From Candidatus Sericytochromatia bacterium (GTDB lineage: Bacteria; Cyanobacteriota; Sericytochromatia; S15B-MN24; UBA4093): a stretch of DNA of 54,512 nucleotides. Of the stretch, positions 1 through 9,124 are shown in pieces. The position numbers and the translations under genes are program-made. The number at the start of each line of letters is the position of its first letter. Position 1 is the first letter of the stretch. The stretch covers positions 1 to 54,512 of the forward strand of contig JAKFCT010000037.1 in assembly GCA_036676495.1 (NCBI GenBank). Direction: 5' to 3'. The notes beneath the pieces are model-generated. The model did no database searches and was not told the DNA's origin. It saw nothing but the letters and a program-made list of their open reading frames with translations.

Positions 1-514
1 CATCCTCGCCCACTCCAAGGGCATGATCGCCGTCCTCGCCCCCACCGTGAACTCCTACAAGCGCCTGGTACCCGGCTACGAAGCCCCCGTCTACATCTCC
101 TGGGCCCGCAACAACCGCTCGGCGCTGGTGCGGATCCCCCGGATCAACCCCCGCCAGACCAAGGCCACCCGCGTCGAGCTGCGCTGCCCCGACCCCACCA
201 CCAACCCCTACCTCGCCTTCGCCGTCATGCTCGCGGCCGGCCTCGATGGCATCGAACGCAAGCTCCCGCTGCCCTCGCCGTCCGAAGAGGACCTCTACCA
301 CATGGACCTCGACACCCGTACCGAGCGCCAGGTCGACTCCCTGCCCGGCTCGCTGGGCGAGGCCCTCGAGTTCATGAAGCAGGACGAGGTGGTCAAGGAA
401 GCCATGGGCGAACACCTCTTCAACCGGTTCATCCAGGCCAAGACCCAGGAATGGGACGAGTACCGCATGCAGGTCACCGACTGGGAACGCCAGCGCTACC
501 TCGCCATTTTCTAA
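1..514 (+). CDS. glnA: Glutamine synthetase type I, C-terminal part (5' truncated by window)
   Basis: Motifs NSYKRLVPGYEAP, NRSALVRIP, RVELRCPDP, NPYLAFA; ends W-E-R-Q-R-Y. Confidence 0.95.
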   Translation, partial: ILAHSKGMIAVLAPTVNSYKRLVPGYEAPVYISWARNNRSALVRIPRINPRQTKATRVELRCPDPTTNPYLAFAVMLAAGLDGIERKLPLPSPSEEDLYHMDLDTRTERQVDSLPGSLGEALEFMKQDEVVKEAMGEHLFNRFIQAKTQEWDEYRMQVTDWERQRYLAIF

Positions 515-541
515 GCCGCGGTTCTCAGCCCACGCAAAGTC

Positions 542-566
542 GCCCCCTCTCCCCGCGAGAGGGGGC
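542..566 (+). terminator. Hairpin after glnA, probable intrinsic terminator
   Basis: gccccctctc-cccgc-gagagggggc followed by ttcccttt. Confidence 0.6.
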
Positions 567-587
567 TTCCCTTTGGGACGGCCGCCT

Positions 588-614
588 GCTAATATATCGA
601 GTCGATATATTAGC
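588..614. promoter_or_regulatory. Perfect 13-bp inverted repeat, probable PadR operator
   Basis: GCTAATATATCGA-G-TCGATATATTAGC, AT-rich, 17 nt upstream of the hydrolase-padR operon start. Confidence 0.75.
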
Positions 615-631
615 CCGTGAGAGGAGGCCCC

Positions 632-1909
632 ATGACCCCTGCCCGTGATCCCGCAACGCCCCGCCGGAAGGGCATCCTGTTGGCCGGTGGGCTCACCAGC
701 CTGATGACCGCTCTCTCGGCCTGCCTCCCCACGCTCGAGATCCCCATCCCCGAGCCCACGGGCCCCTACCCCGTCGGCATCACCCAGCGGACGCTTCCCG
801 CGATCCCCCCGAGAGTCCTCACGCTGGACATCTGGTATCCCGCCGCCAGCACGGCCGGCCATCCCCGAGCCCCCACCACCGAGAAAGCCCTCAACGAGGC
901 CCTGAGCAAGCATTTCGGCATGCCGTCCTTCCTGTTCTCGGAGACTCCCTCCTTCGCCCACCAGGACGCTCCCCCCGCGCCGGGACCGCATGCCGTCGTG
1001 ATCTTCAACCACGGCTACGCCTCCTTCTCCAAGCAGAACGCCGCCACCTTCCAGGAGCTCGCGAGCCACGGCAATATCGTCATCTCCCTCGCCCATCCGG
1101 GAGAGTCATTGATGGCCAAAGACGCCGACGGGAAGGCCGTCCTCTTCGATCCGAAAACCGAGACCAACGTCGCGATCCAACGGCTCCAGAAGGACCTCGA
1201 CTCCTACGCCAAGCGGCTCGCTCCCAAGCTATCCCAGCTACGGCAGGCTCCGACGCGGGAGGCCTACGCCCTCGCCAGCATGGAGCTCGCCCAAGATCCG
1301 CAGTTCGTGGCCCTGCAGCCCCAGATTCGGCGCTGGGTGGAGGACACCCGGACGGTCATCGCAGCCCTCCAAACCCCCGCGCGCGCAGGGGTCCTGAAGG
1401 AGGTCGATCCGCGCAATCTCACCGTCATGGGACACTCCCTGGGAGGCCTGGTCGCCATGCGTCTGGCCAGCGTGCCCGTGGAGGGGCTGCGGGGCATCAT
1501 CAACCTCGACGGCCCCTGGGTTCCCGGGGATTCGGAGGCGATCGCCCCCCCGCGGGTGCCCTCCCTGAACCTCCTCTCCACCCATTACAAGCTGGCCAAG
1601 CAGGACCTCTCCTCGGGGGGAACCCTCCATGGCCTCTACCGCGAAGGCACGGCCGTCGCCCATATCCTCGAAATGAAGGGCTCGGCGCATTACAACTTCA
1701 CCGACCTCAACTTCGTGCCTGCCCTGAAGTTCACCGGCATGGTCGGCCCCGTCGACCCCCGCCGGATGGCCGAGACCCAGAACCAGGCCATCCGCGAGTT
1801 CCTGGCGCGCACGACCCGCGGCGGAGGCGCGCCCCTCGAAGCCCCCCTCGTCCCCGAGCATCCGGACCTGGACCAGGTCGTCCTCCCGGATGCCAAGGCA
1901 GGAGTCTAG
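632..1909 (+). CDS. Alpha/beta hydrolase lipoprotein (PAF-acetylhydrolase/dienelactone hydrolase-like)
   Basis: GAGGAGG SD then ATG 632; lipobox-like LSAC; PTGPYPVG, HGY, GHSLGG nucleophile elbow, NLDG, HYNFTD. Confidence 0.85.
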   Translation: MTPARDPATPRRKGILLAGGLTSLMTALSACLPTLEIPIPEPTGPYPVGITQRTLPAIPPRVLTLDIWYPAASTAGHPRAPTTEKALNEALSKHFGMPSFLFSETPSFAHQDAPPAPGPHAVVIFNHGYASFSKQNAATFQELASHGNIVISLAHPGESLMAKDADGKAVLFDPKTETNVAIQRLQKDLDSYAKRLAPKLSQLRQAPTREAYALASMELAQDPQFVALQPQIRRWVEDTRTVIAALQTPARAGVLKEVDPRNLTVMGHSLGGLVAMRLASVPVEGLRGIINLDGPWVPGDSEAIAPPRVPSLNLLSTHYKLAKQDLSSGGTLHGLYREGTAVAHILEMKGSAHYNFTDLNFVPALKFTGMVGPVDPRRMAETQNQAIREFLARTTRGGGAPLEAPLVPEHPDLDQVVLPDAKAGV

Positions 1910-1912
1910 GCC

Positions 1913-2455
1913 ATGATGGACTTCGCCGCGCTCGGCTTCCTGATGTACCGCCCCCTCTCGATGTACGACCTCTCGAAGGCCATGGAGCGCTCCACCCGGC
2001 ACTTCCTCAGCGCCAGCTTCGGCAGCCTCCACCCCACCCTGCGCAAGCTCGAAAAGAACGGCCACGTCACGAGCGAGGAGCAGGTCTCGAACGGCCGGCG
2101 CAAGAAGATCTTCCGCATCACCGACTCCGGCCGGGATCACTTCGTCGCCTGGCTGGCAAAAGACATCGCCGCCGAACGCCTCTCCAATCCCGCTCTACTC
2201 CGCCTCTTCTTCCTGGGCCACCTCGATCAGCGGGATAGGGAGGGGCTCGTGATCCGCTTCCTGGGCGAGATGCGGCAGGCGGCGGCGGAGCTGGAGGCCC
2301 TCCAAGCCTCGCTTCAAGGAGTCCAGCCGCCGCCGGGCTTCGAGGATCACATGGCCTATCAACTCGCCACCTTGGAGTTCGGCATCGCGCACCACCGCTT
2401 CGTGGCCGACTGGTACCAGGCGAAGCTGGAGGCCCTACGGAGCGCGCGGGGCTAA
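1913..2455 (+). CDS. PadR family transcriptional regulator with C-terminal Vir_act_alpha-type domain
   Basis: YDL..., SFGSLHPTLRKLEKNG, RKKIFRITDSGR winged-helix pattern. Confidence 0.9.
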   Translation: MMDFAALGFLMYRPLSMYDLSKAMERSTRHFLSASFGSLHPTLRKLEKNGHVTSEEQVSNGRRKKIFRITDSGRDHFVAWLAKDIAAERLSNPALLRLFFLGHLDQRDREGLVIRFLGEMRQAAAELEALQASLQGVQPPPGFEDHMAYQLATLEFGIAHHRFVADWYQAKLEALRSARG

Positions 2456-2459
2456 CGCG

Positions 2460-2490
2460 AAGCGGGCCCCGGCAATGCCGGGGCCCGCTT
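2460..2490. terminator. Bidirectional terminator hairpin between convergent genes
   Basis: aagcgggccccggc-aat-gccggggcccgctt. Confidence 0.8.
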
Positions 2491-2500
2491 TCATGGGAGG

Positions 2501-4348
2501 CTACTGAACCTTGACGCTGAACGTGGCGACCCGGGTCGGATCGTCGACGTGCTCCACCTGGATCTCCGCGACTCCCGGCGCCTCGCCCGTGATCACCAGG
2601 TCGGTGTAGGAATTCGAACTATGATAGGAATAGGTCTTGGTGAGGCCCACCATCCCCTCAGCCGACTCCATGGTCCCGGGAAGCCGGCTCGACCAGCTGA
2701 GCTTGTCGCCAAAGACGGAATCCGTGAAGACGGACTTGGTGCTTCCGTTCGTCAGCGAGACGGACTTCACGCGCACCCGGGCCTGCCCGCCCAGAGGCAC
2801 GATCACGGGCTCGGTGAGCGCACCCGTCCAGGCCGTGTTCCATTGCTCGGGATTGGTGGAGGTGTCCAGGTTGAAGCCCGCGATCTTCACGTTATGCACC
2901 GTGAAATTAATCGTCTTGCTCCGATCGAAGCGGAGGGTTCCGGTCATGGTCGTCGAACCGGCCGTTTGCGTCGGGGTGACCCACAAGCGCCGGTAGTTGA
3001 GATCCCAATGACCGAGGTTCACCGCGGCGATGCCGGGGGTCCCGTAACTCCAGTCGAAGTCGTAAGGGGCGAAGTAGGCCGAGCCCCCCGGAACGGTCAG
3101 CGAATAACCCGCCAGATTGACTCCCTGCATGTAATTCGGGTTCTTCGGCGTCAGGTAGTCCGCAGAGATGTAGTACGGAGAGACCGTCAGCGACGGAACG
3201 GCCGCCGTGCTCCAGGTGAAGGTGCCGGCATCGACCTCGAAGCTGTTCGTCAGCTTCCCGGAGGTGAGCGTGAAGAGATAGGATCCCTCCGGAAGCGTGT
3301 ACTTGCCGTCCTTGAAGACCGCGGCCGTCACGTCTTCCTGGGTTTCTCGCTTCGTGACCTTCAGGGTATGGGCGAGGTGGGTGATCGTCTGGCCGTTCGA
3401 GCGGTTCACGTCGAAGCGGAAGGGCCGATCCGCGAGCACGCAGAACAGCTGGCTGTTGTCCTTGACCTTGAGTTGGTCTCCACCCGGCTGATCGAAGTAG
3501 TAGAGATGCGTCAAGGTCGCGTTGCCGCTCGCCTTGATGCCGTCGCGATGGATCGTGAGGGGACCCGAGTACCAGTTCCAGCCGGAATCCGGCATCTTGA
3601 CCTGGAGCGCGGTATCGGTCACCTGCACGATCTCGAGGGGGACGCGATCCCATGTGCTCCGGGCCCACTCGACCTGGAGCAGGGTCGGATCCGTGCCGAA
3701 GCCGGACCCCGTGAGGGTGACGATCGCGTCGCTCCCGGCCGCGTAGGAGGCGTCGGCCATGGTCGGGACGTAGTGGGGATCGAGGACGAGCTTCAGGGCC
3801 TTGTTCTCGTTCGCGCCCAGCGTCACCTCGGCGGGGGGCCGGGTCGAGGCGATCGCCTCGGAACTCGCGGTCACGTCCGCGACGCGCTCCCGGTAGACCG
3901 CGACTTCGACCTGGTAAGCGACATCCTTCTTGAGCATGTACTGCCGCGAGATCACCTGCGCATAGTAGGCATCCCCCGGCCCTGGGCGCCCGATGAGATC
4001 GTCGTAGACCACCTCCCCCCCGGCCCGGGGGGTGATGCGGACGCGCAGCGAGTTCGCACTCCAAGGGATCGCCTGGAGAGACTGCGGGCGATCCGGCCAT
4101 TTCACGGCAATCGTGACCGCCGCCTGGGCCTGTTCGGCCGCCGGCGGCGCGATCACCTCGACCTCGGGCAGGATCCCCGAAGCCGGAGCCACCTCCCGAA
4201 GGTCGGAAGCGCCCGCCTGATGACCCGAGGAAGGTGGGGACTGCTGCGCCGTCGGCACCAGCGAGGCCATTTGACAGCCCAGGAGGGTGGTGCTGGCCAG
4301 GAGGGCGGCCGCGAGCGTGAAGGTCTGGGAGAGCTTATGCGTCATCAT
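2501..4348 (-). CDS. Lipoprotein with IPT/TIG and Ig-like domains; putative terminal subunit of a lipoprotein chain
   Basis: Lipobox LLGC; VTIAVKWP motif; VTLTGSGFG IPT/TIG signature; beta-rich. Confidence 0.75.
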   Translation of the reverse strand: MMTHKLSQTFTLAAALLASTTLLGCQMASLVPTAQQSPPSSGHQAGASDLREVAPASGILPEVEVIAPPAAEQAQAAVTIAVKWPDRPQSLQAIPWSANSLRVRITPRAGGEVVYDDLIGRPGPGDAYYAQVISRQYMLKKDVAYQVEVAVYRERVADVTASSEAIASTRPPAEVTLGANENKALKLVLDPHYVPTMADASYAAGSDAIVTLTGSGFGTDPTLLQVEWARSTWDRVPLEIVQVTDTALQVKMPDSGWNWYSGPLTIHRDGIKASGNATLTHLYYFDQPGGDQLKVKDNSQLFCVLADRPFRFDVNRSNGQTITHLAHTLKVTKRETQEDVTAAVFKDGKYTLPEGSYLFTLTSGKLTNSFEVDAGTFTWSTAAVPSLTVSPYYISADYLTPKNPNYMQGVNLAGYSLTVPGGSAYFAPYDFDWSYGTPGIAAVNLGHWDLNYRRLWVTPTQTAGSTTMTGTLRFDRSKTINFTVHNVKIAGFNLDTSTNPEQWNTAWTGALTEPVIVPLGGQARVRVKSVSLTNGSTKSVFTDSVFGDKLSWSSRLPGTMESAEGMVGLTKTYSYHSSNSYTDLVITGEAPGVAEIQVEHVDDPTRVATFSVKVQ

Positions 4349-4361
4349 GTCCTTTCCCCCC

Positions 4362-6116
4362 CTACTCGATCGTCAGATCCAGGCGGCCGTCGTCGGTCAC
4401 CTCGATGGGGATCGTGGTCTGAGCGGTGCTGTTGCCCACCCACATGAGCGTGATCGTGCCAGAGCCCACCTGGGAGCCCGCCGTGACGACGCCGACGCCG
4501 TACGTGGAGCTGTCCCATTGCGAGCCGGATTTCTTCGTCACGGTGGCGAGGGAGGGAAGGTCGATGGTCCAGTGGAACTTCGACTGAAGATCGGACTTCT
4601 CCCTCGGATTGACGAGGGTGCCGTCGGTGAGCTTCACGCTCGCGGCGACCTCGGTCGTCTCGTTGGCCCGAAGCTTGATCACGGGCGTGGGGAAGGTGAA
4701 GCCCTGGATCCCCACGTTCATCAGGGTGAAGCTGAAGGACTTGGTCGGATCGAGCTTGAGGGTGCCCGTGACGGTGGTCTGTCCGGGGATTCCCGTCCCG
4801 TACAGCTGGATGTTGGGCTGGTTCTGGTTCCAGTCGCTCGAGAGGTAAGGAATCGTGCCGATCGACGGGTTCGAGAAGGTCCAGGTGTAGTCCGAGGGGC
4901 GCAGCCAGACGGACGACACGCCCCCATCGACGATCATCTGGGCGGGAAGCGAGACGTCGACGGATTGGTAGTGCCCCGTCAACTCGTAGAAGTTCGAGAC
5001 CTTGACCATGGCCGGGGCGGTGTTGAACCAGTTCAGGGTCCCGGCGACGATCGGGAACTCGGACTTCCACTGGGTCCCCGCGCTGACCTCCAGGGTGTAG
5101 TTGCCGATGCTCGGAAGCGTGATCCGACCGTCGCTCCCCACGGCGCCCGGCACCTCGAGGCCGTCCTTGAGGACCTTGATGCGGTGCTCGAAGCTCTCCA
5201 CGCGACGCGCCTCTCCGGTCTGCGGGTCGGAGTACTCGCCCTTCATGAGCAGCGGAAACGGCTTGCCGGCCAGGGCATGGTAGTAGGTCGCCCAGTTCGA
5301 CGGATTCTGCCTGGTCGGCAGGGCGGGGAGCTCCACCGAGAGGCCGCCGAGGTAGCAGAAGTCCAACTCGTTGGCCGAGATACCGTCCACGTAGAGGCGA
5401 AGCTTCACGAGACCGCCCGTATAGGCGTCCGGCATGACCACGGTGACCTCGGTGCCCTCGGAGTTGAGCGCCTCGATCGTGGCCGGGAACGGGGCATAGC
5501 CCTCCCGGAGAACGACGGCGCGAATCTTGCTGCGATCGGTTCCAAAGTTGACGCCCGTGATCCGGATCCGGCTGCCCACGGCGCCTGCGGCATGACTGAG
5601 GGCCGTGGCCTGCGGGCCGTTCGGCACGGCGAGGCTGATCCGCACCGGAGTCCGGTAGCCGGAGCGCACCTCGAAGGGGCTGGACGTGCCCGCGGCGACC
5701 TGGGTCGCCTCGCTGAGGTCGGTCTCGCTGCTGAAGGCCTTGACCTCCAGGGAATACCCCGTGCCCGGAGGCAGGTCGAAGCGGACCACGCTGGTCGCAA
5801 TCCCGTTCCCATCTTCGTGCCAGGTCGCTTCGCTGCGCTTGAGCACCTTCTCCTCCACCGGATCCGAGCCCTTCTTCAGCGTCAACTTGAAGGCCCGGGT
5901 GCTCAAGGGCAAGGCGGCGAGGTTATAGCCCTGGCGCATGCCATCCGGCCAGCGAATGGTCAGCGAGACGGTTCCCGTGGCCTGGGGGATCTTTGCTCCT
6001 TCGGTCTGCGCTCCTCCGGTCTCCGGCGTCGACGGCTGAATGGGGGCCAGGCTCTGGCAGCCCAAAAGGCTCAAGGAAAGGCAGGTGGCCAATACGAGGC
6101 GGTTAGAATTCGTCAT
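4362..6116 (-). CDS. Lipoprotein with IPT/TIG and Ig-like domains; paralog of 2501-4348
   Basis: Lipobox LLGC; GTVSLTIRWP; IRITGVNFG; C-terminal GRLDLTIE; start chosen from GAAGGTGA SD. Confidence 0.75.
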   Translation of the reverse strand: MTNSNRLVLATCLSLSLLGCQSLAPIQPSTPETGGAQTEGAKIPQATGTVSLTIRWPDGMRQGYNLAALPLSTRAFKLTLKKGSDPVEEKVLKRSEATWHEDGNGIATSVVRFDLPPGTGYSLEVKAFSSETDLSEATQVAAGTSSPFEVRSGYRTPVRISLAVPNGPQATALSHAAGAVGSRIRITGVNFGTDRSKIRAVVLREGYAPFPATIEALNSEGTEVTVVMPDAYTGGLVKLRLYVDGISANELDFCYLGGLSVELPALPTRQNPSNWATYYHALAGKPFPLLMKGEYSDPQTGEARRVESFEHRIKVLKDGLEVPGAVGSDGRITLPSIGNYTLEVSAGTQWKSEFPIVAGTLNWFNTAPAMVKVSNFYELTGHYQSVDVSLPAQMIVDGGVSSVWLRPSDYTWTFSNPSIGTIPYLSSDWNQNQPNIQLYGTGIPGQTTVTGTLKLDPTKSFSFTLMNVGIQGFTFPTPVIKLRANETTEVAASVKLTDGTLVNPREKSDLQSKFHWTIDLPSLATVTKKSGSQWDSSTYGVGVVTAGSQVGSGTITLMWVGNSTAQTTIPIEVTDDGRLDLTIE

Positions 6117-6127
6117 CATGCTCACCT

Positions 6128-6796
6128 TCACTCGATCACGACGTCAACGGATCCGAAGTCCAGGACCTCGATGGTGGCCGTCGCGACGAGGTTGGGGTCC
6201 TTGGTGGACTCCACCTTGAGCGCATAGGATCCGGGCACTGCGTCGGGCTTGGTGACCAGCATGAAGCCGGACTGGTGATACGGGTAGGGGGCCAGCTCGA
6301 GCCCCGCGGGGATCGTCCATTTCCACTCGGAACTCTCAGGCGTCACGTTGTAGTTCGCCCCCCAGCGGTAGGAGGCATAGACCATGACCGTGGCCTCGTC
6401 CAGGGCCTGGAGATCGGGAATAGGCACGCCCTCGGGGTAGCCGTCCGCAGAGGGGTGAAACACGCTCGGAGAGGCGGTCCGCGGGTCAAAGCCCAGCCTG
6501 ACGCGGTACGTGGAGCGATTCAAGCTCACCGACACGGGATCGTTGTAGTCCGAGGTCGAGGTAGGGCCGGGGTACGGGTAGTAGCTGGAGGGGGATGGGC
6601 CGGGATTGTAGTAGGAGGACGGTGAAGTGCTCGGGTACGGGTAGGGGCCTCCGACCTTCACGTCGGCGCCGAGTTTGGCATCCACGTTGTTGCCGTTACC
6701 GATGTTCGAGAAGTTGACGTCCGACAAGTTCAAATTGCAGCCCGCCATCACGCTGGCCAACATGACCGCTTGAAGCGCCCAGAGCCTCTTCCTCAT
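6128..6796 (-). CDS. Lipoprotein with Pro/Tyr/Ser linker and one Ig-like domain
   Basis: ATG 6796 after GAAGGGAGA; lipobox MAGC; PYPYPSTSPSSYY linker; C-terminal GSVDVVIE. Confidence 0.75.
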   Translation of the reverse strand: MRKRLWALQAVMLASVMAGCNLNLSDVNFSNIGNGNNVDAKLGADVKVGGPYPYPSTSPSSYYNPGPSPSSYYPYPGPTSTSDYNDPVSVSLNRSTYRVRLGFDPRTASPSVFHPSADGYPEGVPIPDLQALDEATVMVYASYRWGANYNVTPESSEWKWTIPAGLELAPYPYHQSGFMLVTKPDAVPGSYALKVESTKDPNLVATATIEVLDFGSVDVVIE

Positions 6797-6967
6797 GCCT
6801 GTCGAATCTCCCTTCGGGCCGGTAACGGTCCTTCGCCTGTGCGACGCGATATAGCAACCTAGGGTTATAGCATATTTTTGATTGAAAACGAATGACCATC
6901 GGGCATCGCCTCCCTTCTTCAGGCAAGCGACGCGCATGCGCCGGCAGGGGGTCGCGGAGCGGGGGCG

Positions 6968-7750
6968 TCAGGCCTCTTTGCGGGCGGATCGCAGCGGGAT
7001 CAGGCCCTCCGGCAGCGGGAGATCGTGGGCCCAAGCGCGGACGAGGGCGTTGAAGCGGTCGGGAGCTTCGAGGTTCCAGACATGGCCGACTCCGGGGACG
7101 GTCACGCCGCGGGCGCCCGGGATCGCCCGGACCAGGTCGCGGGCGGAGCGCTTCGCGGGGAGGGTCTCCGCGGATCCCACGGCCACCAGCACCGGGACCT
7201 GGGTCTCGCGGGGCGGCTCGAACCGGCGCAGGGCCGTGACGAGTTGCTGGTTGGCCTCCGCGTTCATCACCCGGCGCATGTCCTCGCGGAAGGCGTCGTG
7301 GAAGGCCGGGGGAATCCGGAACTGCTTGAGGCCGGAGGCGATCAGCCAGTCCGGGGGGCAGGTGCGGTAGAGGGCGCCGCTGCGTTCCATGAGCCAGGCC
7401 ATGCGGGGGCCGAGCGTGAAGGAGGTCCCGCTGACCAGGACCCGCTCCACCCGTTCGGGGAAGCGGCGCAGGAGGCTCAGGGCGACCGTGCCTCCGAAGG
7501 AGTTTCCGACCAGGACGGCTTTCCCGGAAGGGAGGCGGTCGCGGAGGGCGTCGGCGATCGCCGCGACCGTGGCGTCCAGGTCGATCGGGCCGGGGCTGCG
7601 GCCGTTGCCGGGCAGGTCGGGGGCCAGGCAATGGAACTCGCCCAGGGCGTCGAGCTGGGGCGCCCATTGGCGGGCGCTCAGCCCCGCTCCATGCAGGAGG
7701 ACGAGGGTCTTGGCTTGGGGGTTCCCGGATTCGGTCCAGATCATGGGCAT
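6968..7750 (-). CDS. Alpha/beta fold hydrolase
   Basis: LLHGAG, PDLPGNG, GNSFGG, GHVWNLE; SD GGAAGGAGA before ATG 7750. Confidence 0.9.
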   Translation of the reverse strand: MPMIWTESGNPQAKTLVLLHGAGLSARQWAPQLDALGEFHCLAPDLPGNGRSPGPIDLDATVAAIADALRDRLPSGKAVLVGNSFGGTVALSLLRRFPERVERVLVSGTSFTLGPRMAWLMERSGALYRTCPPDWLIASGLKQFRIPPAFHDAFREDMRRVMNAEANQQLVTALRRFEPPRETQVPVLVAVGSAETLPAKRSARDLVRAIPGARGVTVPGVGHVWNLEAPDRFNALVRAWAHDLPLPEGLIPLRSARKEA

Positions 7751-7987
7751 CACGCGGTCTCCTTCCGCCTCCATGGTAGCGCAAATCCTGTGATTGTGCC
7801 GCTCCGGGGGCCCGCGGCTCAAAGTGAAGGAGCGTAAAGTTGTGCGTTCCGTTACGGTCCGGGGGGGAAAGCTTGTCCTAGAGTAGCTTCGAGTCGTTGT
7901 GTGCCCGCGGCAGCGGGAAAGTGCTGGCAGGTGCGGCGGGACCGACCGCCGGGACGGCAGTGACTCGGATGTTTAGGAGAGATTAGG

Positions 7988-8848
7988 ATGAGCGCAAAGA
8001 CCAAGCGATCGGCCACGCGCGACCTCCGCGAGAGCCTCGTTCGGATGGTCCTCGACCAGATGCTGTCCGAGGGGAACACTCCCGTCACCATCGTGGAGGT
8101 GGCGCGACGGACGGAGATCCCCCGTTCCACCCTCAGCAACACGCACGAGTGGCGCCAGATGATCCTGGAGGCCGAGACCCAGCGACTGCGGAAGCGGACC
8201 GAGCGCCTGATGCAGATGCGCGAGGACTTCACCAAGACCGAGCTGCGGCGGACGCCGCTGTTTCAGCTGGGCAGCCCGCAGGGCATCGTTCAGGACGGCA
8301 TGTACGTGCCGGCGGTGGGCACCGTTTCCTTCGAGGGGCTCTTGAGCGATCTCCAGGCCCTGGCCGAGCAGTGCATGCGCGAGCTTCAGGATGCCTACCA
8401 GACCGGCCTGCGGGAAGGGATGGAGCGCGGGGGCGCGGCTTCGGTCGTCGAGGCGGAGCCCGAGAGCGCTTCCGAGCCCACGGTCGTCGGGGTTCCCTAC
8501 GAGGAGCATGAGCGTCTGATCAAGGAGGCCTATGCCAAGGGCCGGGATGTGGCCCTTCAGGAGGCCCGCACGGATCTCATGCAGGCTTACGAGCGGGGCC
8601 GCCAGGACGGGATCGACGAGGGCCGGCGGCAAAGCAACCAGGGCGGCGGGTTCGGCTGGACCATCAACCGGGGGCAGGACAAGGAATGGGCGCTGGCCGT
8701 GCTGCATGCGGGGCGGACCACGCCCGCGGATCAGCTTCGCCAGGCGTACCGTTTGTTGACCAAGGCCTTCCACACGGATCGCAACCCGGACATGCCTCCG
8801 GAGTACATCCGGAACCTGAACCGGGCCAAGGAGATTCTGGGCCTGTAG
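7988..8848 (+). CDS. Protein with N-terminal HTH-like region, helical GxxxG segment and C-terminal J-domain-like region
   Basis: TIVEVARRTEIPRSTL; AYERGRQDGIDEG; LRQAYRLLTKAFHTDRNP...LNRAKEIL. Confidence 0.7.
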   Translation: MSAKTKRSATRDLRESLVRMVLDQMLSEGNTPVTIVEVARRTEIPRSTLSNTHEWRQMILEAETQRLRKRTERLMQMREDFTKTELRRTPLFQLGSPQGIVQDGMYVPAVGTVSFEGLLSDLQALAEQCMRELQDAYQTGLREGMERGGAASVVEAEPESASEPTVVGVPYEEHERLIKEAYAKGRDVALQEARTDLMQAYERGRQDGIDEGRRQSNQGGGFGWTINRGQDKEWALAVLHAGRTTPADQLRQAYRLLTKAFHTDRNPDMPPEYIRNLNRAKEILGL

Positions 8849-9124
8849 CCGCAAACGCAGGGTTGCAGCCGCACGGCAAGAGACCCATCGGGCGGGGGAG
8901 CGAGAGCTTCCCCGCCCACTTTCAATTCGCCCAGTTCCGCTCTCCCTCCCGCACAAGGCTTGGCATTGCCCTCCCCTCTCGGGGATGCTATGCTGGCACT
9001 CGACACAAAACTTCACCAAGTAATTTAACAAGACCGATGACACGCGTTTGACGAGCGTTGGGAACGGACTCCCGGCAAGGGCGGCCGTGTGGCCTTCCTG
9101 GGAGCAGCCGCAGAGGAGGCGGGG

